From assembly GCA_964650045.1 (NCBI GenBank), contig CAZYRT010000001.1, positions 3,272-67,271 on the forward strand: a stretch of DNA of 64,000 bases, read 5' to 3'. The stretch comes from an uncultured Ruminococcus sp. (GTDB taxonomy: Bacteria; Bacillota; Clostridia; Oscillospirales; CAG-382). Shown here piece by piece: positions 9,921 to 19,028 of this stretch (position 1 is the stretch's first letter; every line of letters starts with the position of its first letter). Under the pieces are notes generated by a model. That model was given only the letters and a program-made list of their open reading frames with translations. It was not told the origin of the DNA and ran no database searches. A program made the position numbers and the translations under genes.

Positions 9921-10469
9921 TCAATCCACTCCGGCAATAGCAAAGATGTAGTTTTCGCAATCGGGGAATTTTATGCTGAACTTTTTAATAGAAACGCCGC
10001 TGACCTTGGAAAGGAAACGGGTATTGTCTACAACCGAGAAAAAGGGAAAATCTGCAAGAGTTTTGCCTGCTGCTTTGATATAAGCTTCCTTGCGAACCCA
10101 TATCTTTGCAAAGTTTTCAAGTTCTTGATCCTTTGCGCTGTCACGCAAAAATTCCGATTCTTCAATAGAAAAGAATTTTTCTGCGATCTGCTGATAATCC
10201 ACCTTATTGTCCTTGGAAAGGATTCGGGGAAGATATTCACCGTCGATACCGATAGGCTTTTCATAAAGAACCGCCATTGTAATATCTTTGGCGCAGGTTA
10301 CAGATAAATGAAGCTTTTTACCTGCATTTTCTACAGTAGGTTTTCCATTGCTGTCGTAATTGATATTGACCTCGTCATTATCAAGATATTTTCTCACAGC
10401 ATTTTGGATATCTTCTCTGCGTTTTCCTTGGTTTTCGTCATATTTAAACATAAAGGTTTTGAGTGCCAT
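9921..10469 (-). CDS. 4'-phosphopantetheinyl transferase (Sfp-type)
   Basis: PIGIDGE and WVRKEAYIKAAG motifs are typical of the PPTase superfamily. The start lies 3 nt after the gyrA stop. Confidence 0.75.
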   Translation of the reverse strand: MALKTFMFKYDENQGKRREDIQNAVRKYLDNDEVNINYDSNGKPTVENAGKKLHLSVTCAKDITMAVLYEKPIGIDGEYLPRILSKDNKVDYQQIAEKFFSIEESEFLRDSAKDQELENFAKIWVRKEAYIKAAGKTLADFPFFSVVDNTRFLSKVSGVSIKKFSIKFPDCENYIFAIAGVD

Positions 10470-10472
10470 TTA

Positions 10473-13016
10473 TTATTCCTCCCCTTCGTTGGGTTCTGTG
10501 GATAGGGTTTCTGTTTCTTCAGCTTGAGCTTCAGTTTCCTCTGCTCTGTCCTCGGCTTCTGTTTCAGGGTCCACCGCCGCAAATCTCGCAACCGATGTAC
10601 CTTCTTCAAGACGCATTACGATAACACCCGATGCGCTTCTGCCGTAAACGGGAATTTCCGAAACACGGGTTCTTATAATAATACCGCCGTCGGTTATGAG
10701 CATGATCTCGTCTGTAGCCTTAACCAAGCGGATGCCTGCCAATTCGCCTGTTTTATCGCTGACACCGTGACAGATCAATCCTCTGCCGCCGCGGTGCTGA
10801 CATTTATATTCACTTGTTATACTGCGCTTGCCATAGCCTTTTTCGGTTATTGTCAATACATAAAGGTCATTCTCATCGTTGCCCTCGGGAATTATTCCTG
10901 CGCCGACAACAAAATCGTCCTCGTCAAGAGTTATCGCTCTTACGCCGCGTGCCTGTCTGCCCATTTCGCGGACATCATCCTCGCTGAAGCGAATGGAAAT
11001 ACCGCGGTTTGTTGCAACCATAATATCATCGTTACCGTGAGAACGCAATACATAAAGCAATGCATCACCTTCATCAAGGTTTATAGCATAAAGACCGTTG
11101 GTACGCTTTGTCTTATAAGCCATAAGATTTATACGCTTAATAACGCCCTTTTGAGTTATAAGCACAAGATTTTCTTCATCGGAAAATTCTTTAACGGGAA
11201 CGATAGCAGTTATCTTTTCATCATTATCAAGAGAAAGAAGGTTAACAAGATTGGTTCCCTTAGCGGTTCTTGTGCTTTCGGGTATTTCAAAGCATTTTTT
11301 TATATAAACTCTTCCTGTATTGGAGAACATAAGAAGGAAATCATGGCTGTGAGAGATAATAACATCCTCAACATAATCTTCTTCTCTTGTTCCCATAGCA
11401 GTTATACCCTTACCGCCGCGGCGCTGAGCCTGATAGGTATCGCTGGGCAATCTCTTAACATAGCCTGCTCTTGTTGCGGTGATAACACAGGTTTCTCTTT
11501 GGATAAGATCCTCGATAAGAATATCGTTTTCGGCTTCTACAATATCGGTTCTTCTTGCATCGCCGTATTTTTCCTTAATAAAATCAAGATCTTCCTTGAT
11601 TATCTGGATGATTCTGCCTTCATCTCCAAGGATTTCCTTAAGGTCCTTAATAAGAGCATAAAGGGCAGCCAATCTGTCCTCGATCTTCTGTCTCTCCATG
11701 CCCGAAAGCTTACCGAGAGTCATGTCCACAATAGCCTGAGCCTGAATATCCGACAATCCGAAGCGTTCCATCAATTTAACTTTAGCATCGGCAATATTCG
11801 CGCTGGCGCGAATAATTGCAATAACCTCGTCAATATAGTCTATTGCAATTTTATATCCTTCATAAATATGAGCCTCATGTTCAGCCTTAGCCAAATCAAA
11901 CTTAACTCTTCTTGTAACAACCTCCTTGCGGTGATTGAGATAATGAGTAAGAATCTCTTTAAGATTCAAAAGCTTTGGAACACCGTTTACAAGGGCAACC
12001 ATATTAACAGCGCAGGTGTCCTGAAGCTGAGTATATTTATAAAGCAGATTAAGAACTATCTGTGCGTTAGCATCCTTCTTGACCTCGATAACGATACGCA
12101 TACCGTCCTTACCCGATTCATTACGGATATCGGAGATGCCTTCTACACGTTTATTCTTAACCAACTCAACCATGCTTTCCAAAAGCATGGAACGGTTTAC
12201 CTGATAAGGAAGCTCGGTTATAATAATACTCGTTCTGCCATGTTTTTCCTCAAAATGAGCCTTTGCGCGGACTCTCACCTTGCCTCGACCCGTCATATAA
12301 GCTTCATAAATTCCCGAGGTTCCATAGATAGTTCCCTTTGTGGGGAAATCGGGACCTTTTATATATTTCATCAAATCAGGAATAGAGCAATCGGGGTTAT
12401 CCATTAAATATTGAGTAGCTTCGATAACCTCACGCATATTATGGGTAGGAATGTTGGTAGCCATACCAACCGCAATACCCACACTTCCGTTTACCAAAAG
12501 GTTGGGAAAACGGGAAGGAAGCACAACAGGCTCCTTACGCATATTATCAAAGTTGGGAACGAAATCGACAACATCCTTTTCGATGTCTGTCATCATTTCG
12601 TCTGCAAGGCGGGACATTCTCGCTTCGGTATAACGGTATGCCGCAGGAGGGTCACCGTCGATATTACCGAAGTTACCGTGTTTATCTATAAGAACATATC
12701 TCAAGGAGAAATCTTGACCTAAACGTACCATTGCATCATAAACAGATGCGTCGCCGTGAGGGTGATAACGACCCAACACGTTACCGACGGTTGTCGCCGA
12801 TTTACGGAAGGGCTTATCATAGGTAAGTCTGTCCTCATACATTGCATAAAGTATTCTTCTGTGAACAGGCTTCATACCGTCGCGTACATCGGGCAAAGCT
12901 CTGCCTACGATAACGCTCATCGCATAGTCGATATAACAGCTTTTTATCTCGTTTTCTATGCCGATATTATGTATAACCTGTTCTTCGTGGTTACTGTAAT
13001 CATATTCGTGTGCCAT
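10473..13016 (-). CDS. gyrA: DNA gyrase subunit A
   Basis: 847 aa. GRALPDVRDGMKPVHRR, HPHGD, and AAYRYTEARM with the active-site Tyr. C-terminal beta-pinwheel repeats and an acidic tail. Confidence 0.97.
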   Translation of the reverse strand: MAHEYDYSNHEEQVIHNIGIENEIKSCYIDYAMSVIVGRALPDVRDGMKPVHRRILYAMYEDRLTYDKPFRKSATTVGNVLGRYHPHGDASVYDAMVRLGQDFSLRYVLIDKHGNFGNIDGDPPAAYRYTEARMSRLADEMMTDIEKDVVDFVPNFDNMRKEPVVLPSRFPNLLVNGSVGIAVGMATNIPTHNMREVIEATQYLMDNPDCSIPDLMKYIKGPDFPTKGTIYGTSGIYEAYMTGRGKVRVRAKAHFEEKHGRTSIIITELPYQVNRSMLLESMVELVKNKRVEGISDIRNESGKDGMRIVIEVKKDANAQIVLNLLYKYTQLQDTCAVNMVALVNGVPKLLNLKEILTHYLNHRKEVVTRRVKFDLAKAEHEAHIYEGYKIAIDYIDEVIAIIRASANIADAKVKLMERFGLSDIQAQAIVDMTLGKLSGMERQKIEDRLAALYALIKDLKEILGDEGRIIQIIKEDLDFIKEKYGDARRTDIVEAENDILIEDLIQRETCVITATRAGYVKRLPSDTYQAQRRGGKGITAMGTREEDYVEDVIISHSHDFLLMFSNTGRVYIKKCFEIPESTRTAKGTNLVNLLSLDNDEKITAIVPVKEFSDEENLVLITQKGVIKRINLMAYKTKRTNGLYAINLDEGDALLYVLRSHGNDDIMVATNRGISIRFSEDDVREMGRQARGVRAITLDEDDFVVGAGIIPEGNDENDLYVLTITEKGYGKRSITSEYKCQHRGGRGLICHGVSDKTGELAGIRLVKATDEIMLITDGGIIIRTRVSEIPVYGRSASGVIVMRLEEGTSVARFAAVDPETEAEDRAEETEAQAEETETLSTEPNEGEE

Positions 13017-13020
13017 ATTT

Positions 13021-13048
13021 TTTCTTAGTTCCGCGATAGAGTAAAACC
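13021..13048 (+). repeat. R2 repeat, partial copy G, abutting the gyrA start codon
   Basis: TTTCTTAGTTCCGCGATAGAGTAAAACC matches the 5' half of R2 (TTTAGTTCCCACGATGTACTCAC). It starts 5 nt from the gyrA ATG. Confidence 0.5.
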
Positions 13049-13140
13049 GTTTTTCACTTTCTTTTCGATTTTACTTCCTCACATTTTCCTCCTTGAATCC
13101 GTTATTTTATAAACCGACTAAAATCAAGCTTTAGCCAATG

Positions 13141-13269
13141 CCTCCCTTGTGTAAAGGGAGGTGGCTCGGCGTGTCCAACCGCCGAGTCGGAGGGATTGTT
13201 TTTTTAATCTTTGAAATACAATCAATCCCTCAGTCAGCTTCGCTGACAGCTCCCTTTACACAAGGGAGC
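13141..13269. repeat. 129-nt composite palindrome made of two inverted double-hairpin modules
   Basis: The left module (13141-13198) is CCTCCCTTGTGTAAAGGGAGG + TGGCTCGGCG..CGCCGAGTCG + GAGGGATTG. The right module (13223-13269) is CAATCCCTC + AGTCAGC..GCTGAC + AGCTCCCTTTACACAAGGGAGC. The spacer is 24 nt and AT-rich. Confidence 0.85.
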
Positions 13270-13305
13270 CATTTATAAGTCGCCTTATACTTCAAAGAAT
13301 TATTA

Positions 13306-13672
13306 CTACTGCAATTGCGCTATCCTAGATTCGATATATTCATCAAGATATTCGCAAACCCCATTGAAATTATTATTAATATTTTCATTAGGAATTCTTA
13401 ATACAACTAAACCATATTGGGATAAAAATTCGGTTCTTATTTCATCATTCTTCATACCTTGCTCGGTATAATGCTGTGAACCATCTAATTCAATCACTAA
13501 TTTTGCTTTCGCACAATAAAAATCTACAATATATTTTCCCAATACCTTTTTGCCGCAAAAATTTTCTAGGATGCAGGCGAAGGAAATCATACCATAAATG
13601 TTTTTCTTCCCTTGTCATGCTTTTTCGCAACATTTTTGCCGTAGGTACTATTGATTTATTATGCTTATTCAT
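13306..13672 (-). pseudogene. DUF559 (Vsr-like endonuclease domain) gene interrupted by a frameshift
   Basis: The N-terminal part MNKHNKSIVPTAKMLRKSMTREEKHLWYDFLRLHPRKFLRQK is in one frame. The C-terminal part VLGKYIVDFYCAKAKLVIELDGSQH...VVLRIPN is in another. The shift maps to the run CAAAAAGG near 13565-13572. Confidence 0.75.
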
Positions 13673-13682
13673 CAAAGGCTTC

Positions 13683-15635
<1,953 letters not shown>

Positions 15636-15678
15636 CTACCGGAAATATTTCGCCGCAATCCTTTCTATATACTGTCAA

Positions 15679-15951
15679 TTATCTTTTCCAAAGAGTCTTA
15701 ATTTCGGTATCAAGGCGTTTTTTTATACTTTCTGTTGAAATACCCGACAGATAAATTCTATCGTCAAATTCACCGTCGCAAACCAAAAAGCTTTTTGGCA
15801 GGTCATTGGAAAGGTTCACAACTCCTCTTTCCTCTTCCTTACGGCGGAACAGATCCTTGGTACCTTGGGAAATACTCGCTGTTTCTATATCAAATATCCC
15901 TATTATTTCCTTTTTATCAATACTTTCGCCTTTTTCTAACTGCAAATACAT
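15679..15951 (-). CDS. DUF370 / RemB-like small protein
   Basis: 90 aa with IIGIFDIET...PKSFLV...IYLSGISTESIKKR. It lies between recF and gyrB, the position of yaaB/remB in Bacillus. Confidence 0.7.
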   Translation of the reverse strand: MYLQLEKGESIDKKEIIGIFDIETASISQGTKDLFRRKEEERGVVNLSNDLPKSFLVCDGEFDDRIYLSGISTESIKKRLDTEIKTLWKR

Positions 15952-16043
15952 ATTATTAATGCCCGCGTTGTACTTTATACAAATTATTACCGCTTCTTCG
16001 CGAGGGTTGTAGCTTTTTAAAATTCAAATTCTTAATCTATTTT

Positions 16044-16108
16044 CAAAAACAGCTTTTGCTGTTTTTGCATTAAAAGTTTTTTCTCAAACTTTTTTAAAAA
16101 AAGTTTGG
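16044..16108. repeat. Double-hairpin repeat (family R1), copy 1, directly after the recF stop
   Basis: CAAAAACAGCTTTTGCTGTTTTTG + GCATTAAAAGTTTTTT + CTCAAACTTTTTTAAAAAAAGTTTGG. Same layout as the copies at 17351 and 18952. Confidence 0.8.
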
Positions 16109-16123
16109 AAAATAACCCAAAAA

Positions 16124-17212
16124 TCACATTTCAGTTACTTCGCCGCTTTTAACGAAGATTCTTTTTCCGTTACCCTTTTCAAAAACTTCGCTTTCACAGC
16201 CTGTTATAATAACCTGTCTATCTGTTATTCTGGACAAAATATAATTTTTTCTGTCCTTATCAAGCTCAGAAAGAATATCATCAAGCAAAAACACGGGATA
16301 CTCTCCTGTCAGCTTTGCCGAAAGTTCACCTTCAGCAAGCTTCAAAGCAAGAACTATGCTTCTCTGCTGACCTTGTGAACCGTACATTTTTGCGCTTTTT
16401 TTATTGATATAAACCAAAAAATCGTCTTTATGGGTACCGTAAACCGAAAGAAACTTTTCCTTTTCGGTCTCCATTTTTTCGGCAAACAGTTTTCGGTAAT
16501 TTTCTCTTATTTCCTCTTGCGTTTCGCCGTTACCGCCCTGAGAAGAATAATTTAAGCTCAATTCCTCTTTACCGTCACTCATATCTAAGAGAAACCTTCT
16601 CGCTTCTTCCTCAAGCCTTGTTATATATTTTTTTCTGTTTACAGTTATTATTGCCGCCAATGTTGCCAAACGTTCATTATAAACCTCTAAAAGCTCATTC
16701 TGAACATTTCCTCTTTTCAAAAGAGCATTTTTCTGAGCAATGATCCTATTATATTCCGACAACGTAGGAGCATATCTCGGGAAGGATTGGCATATTGCCA
16801 AGTCAAGAAAGCGTCTTCTATTTTCGGGAGAACCCTTTACTAAACTTAAATGGTCAGGTGTGAAAATAACAGCCCTGAACTGACCGATATATTCAGCCAA
16901 CCTCAAAGGAGCGCTTTCCCCAAGCTTTATAATCCTTCTGCCGCCCTTTGAAAGTGTGGCAGACATTTTCTTTTTTACATTACCGCTCGTAAACCCGATA
17001 GAAATAAACCCCTTATCGCATCCAAAGGATATAAGCTCTCTATCCTTACAATTTCGAAAGCTTTTTCCTGCGGCAAAGTAAAACACAGCTTCAAGTATAT
17101 TCGTTTTTCCTGCGGCATTGCTGCCGCAAATTACATTAATTCCCTTATCAAACGAAATTTCACTTTCATCTGCGTTTCGGAAATTCTTTAACCACAAACT
17201 TTCAACATACAT
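16124..17212 (-). CDS. recF: DNA replication and repair protein RecF
   Basis: N-terminal Walker A GSNAAGKTNILEA. Signature-like GSQGQQRS. Walker B-like VFLLDD (followed by ILSELD). Confidence 0.93.
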   Translation of the reverse strand: MYVESLWLKNFRNADESEISFDKGINVICGSNAAGKTNILEAVFYFAAGKSFRNCKDRELISFGCDKGFISIGFTSGNVKKKMSATLSKGGRRIIKLGESAPLRLAEYIGQFRAVIFTPDHLSLVKGSPENRRRFLDLAICQSFPRYAPTLSEYNRIIAQKNALLKRGNVQNELLEVYNERLATLAAIITVNRKKYITRLEEEARRFLLDMSDGKEELSLNYSSQGGNGETQEEIRENYRKLFAEKMETEKEKFLSVYGTHKDDFLVYINKKSAKMYGSQGQQRSIVLALKLAEGELSAKLTGEYPVFLLDDILSELDKDRKNYILSRITDRQVIITGCESEVFEKGNGKRIFVKSGEVTEM

Positions 17213-17214
17213 TT

Positions 17215-17265
17215 TTTAGTTCCCACGATGTACTCACTTAAGTGCATACACATATTCCGCGTGAG
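17215..17265 (+). repeat. R2 repeat, copy A, abutting the recF start codon
   Basis: TTTAGTTCCCACGATGTACTCACTTAAGTGCATACACATATTCCGCGTGAG. It begins 3 nt from the recF ATG. Confidence 0.8.
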
Positions 17266-17350
17266 TTTTTGATATAACAGATTACTACTATAGGGGCGTA
17301 CTCACAAAACTTATTTCGTGGGATTTATGGTTAATCACCTGTTTTTACCC

Positions 17351-17415
17351 CAAAAACAGCATTTGCTGTTTTTGCATTTAAAGTTTTTGGCACACCTTTT
17401 CACAAAAAGTTGTGT
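17351..17415. repeat. R1 double-hairpin repeat, copy 2, directly after the dnaN stop
   Basis: CAAAAACAGCATTTGCTGTTTTTG + CATTTAAAGTTTTTGG + CACACCTTTTCACAAAAAGTTGTG. Confidence 0.8.
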
Positions 17416-17426
17416 AAAATCAAAAA

Positions 17427-18545
17427 TTAATCCTTCAATTTGCAGGGAAGAACCAAATAGGTATAGCTGCTGTTAGGGTCCTTTTCTGCAGGTTCTATTA
17501 TCATACTCATCAAGGGTGTTGACATAGATGCCATTATTTTTTCGTCTTTGCAAGCTCTTAAAGCATCCAAAAGGTATTTATTATTGAAGCCGATCTCAAT
17601 ATCGTCCCCTTCCTTCTGGATTCTTATATTATCGTTTACGGTACCGTATTGAGTGTTACACGAAATATTAAGGCTGTTATCCTCAAATCTGCAGCGCAAG
17701 GGTGTTCTCAATTTTTCATCAACAAGCAGACTTGCTCTTTCTGCGCTTTCAATAAAGGAAAGTCTGTCGATTTTCGCGAAAATTCTGTTTGATGTAGGCA
17801 AAGCTCTCTTATAATCCAAATATTCGCCTTCCAACAATCTGGAAAAGAACACAGTATCATCAATTTTGAAAATAATATATTTTGCCGTAAATTCAACTCT
17901 CAAGGGTTCCTCGCTGTCATCAAGAAGTTTTGCAAGGTCTGTCAAAGCCTTGCCGGGAACAACAAAAGAAAATCTGTTATCGTTATCAAATACACAGTTC
18001 TTTTCTTCTCTCATTGCCAATCTGAAATTATCCAGAGCAACAACAGTAAGGGTCCTGTTTTCTATCATGAAAAGCATACCTGTCAAAATAGGTCTTGCTT
18101 CACTTTGTGCAACAGCAAAAACAGTTGAATTGATGATATCCTTCATCAAAGGTCTTGAAATATGGAAAGCATTGTCACCGCCCAATTCGGGAAGATTTGG
18201 AAACGCTTCCGCGGTAACACCGTGAATTGTAAAATCACTCATTCCGCCGCTTATTCTCACCATATTTCTTTCATCGGATTCTATACAAATATCACAGTCG
18301 GGAAAATTACGGACTATTGAAGTTATTTTCTGAGCATTGATAATAACGGCACCGCTTTCCATAGGCACAACTGTTCCGATAGTTCTTACACCTTTCTCAA
18401 GATCATAACCGCAAACAGTCAATGTCTCACCGTTTAATTTAAAAAGCAAGCCTTCCAACGCAGGTAATGTACTCTTATTAGATGCCGCTGTTGCAGCAGG
18501 CACTATTAATGACAACAATGTTTTCTTGTCTGATACAAACTTCAT
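17427..18545 (-). CDS. dnaN: DNA polymerase III beta subunit (sliding clamp)
   Basis: 372 aa. Position after dnaA. Three-domain beta-clamp pattern (MKF...SNKSTLPALEGLLF..., ...LVLPCKL C-terminus). Confidence 0.93.
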   Translation of the reverse strand: MKFVSDKKTLLSLIVPAATAASNKSTLPALEGLLFKLNGETLTVCGYDLEKGVRTIGTVVPMESGAVIINAQKITSIVRNFPDCDICIESDERNMVRISGGMSDFTIHGVTAEAFPNLPELGGDNAFHISRPLMKDIINSTVFAVAQSEARPILTGMLFMIENRTLTVVALDNFRLAMREEKNCVFDNDNRFSFVVPGKALTDLAKLLDDSEEPLRVEFTAKYIIFKIDDTVFFSRLLEGEYLDYKRALPTSNRIFAKIDRLSFIESAERASLLVDEKLRTPLRCRFEDNSLNISCNTQYGTVNDNIRIQKEGDDIEIGFNNKYLLDALRACKDEKIMASMSTPLMSMIIEPAEKDPNSSYTYLVLPCKLKD

Positions 18546-18640
18546 TTTTTCTCTTTACGGTTTTATCAGTTACCGATAAAATAACATGATTTCCGCTTTT
18601 CCTTCCTTAAGTATCTTGTCAATTAGTAAATCTAAAATAG

Positions 18641-18880
18641 GTTTCCACAAGGTTTTCCAAAGCTTTCCACAAAACTTCCACAAATATGGACAACTTTTCT
18701 GTTTTCCACAGCCTGTCCTTTTTGTTTCCACATAAAAATCACGATTTTTAAAAGATTGTTTTTTGTCGAATCCCTTGCAAAACCTGCTTTGTAGGGGATT
18801 TCCACATTTCCACGCCCCCTACTATATACTATTATCACTATTAAATAATATAATCTAATAGTTTTATTTTTTTATTCTCA
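18641..18880. other. oriC core: DnaA-box cluster, GC cluster, AT-rich unwinding region
   Basis: TTTCCACA-type boxes lie on the plus strand at 18641, 18653, 18663, 18674, 18702, 18724, 18798 and 18806, with one inverted box at 18685. A CCCCCT cluster (18815-18820) follows. After it comes a 3-nt-periodic TA-rich run and an AT-rich stretch to about 18880. Confidence 0.75.
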
Positions 18881-18920
18881 CGGCATGCTTACTTGTATGC
18901 GAATACATATTCCGCGTAAG
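18871..18920 (+). repeat. R2 repeat, copy B, between oriC and the dnaA 3' end
   Basis: TTTATTCTCACGGCATGCTTACTTGTATGCGAATACATATTCCGCGTAAG. Confidence 0.75.
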
Positions 18921-18951
18921 AATTAAACATAACGAATTTATAAAATTTTTC

Positions 18952-19017
18952 CAAAAACAGCATTTGCTGTTTTTGAACTTGAAATTTTTGGTCACACCTT
19001 TTTACAAAAAAGTGTGA
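18952..19017. repeat. R1 double-hairpin repeat, copy 3, directly after the dnaA stop
   Basis: CAAAAACAGCATTTGCTGTTTTTG + AACTTGAAATTTTTGG + TCACACCTTTTTACAAAAAAGTGTGA. Confidence 0.8.
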
Positions 19018-19028
19018 AAATTATTAAA

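Noticed and set aside
10524-12407. 627-aa plus-strand ORF
   Set aside because: It is entirely antisense to gyrA, which has unambiguous motifs. Its composition is low-complexity and Cys/Phe/Ile-rich, with no recognisable domain. It is a shadow ORF.
18632-18838. 68-aa ORF in the dnaA-dnaN spacer
   Set aside because: It coincides exactly with the DnaA-box cluster. The repeated TTTCCACA boxes generate the open frame. There is no RBS.
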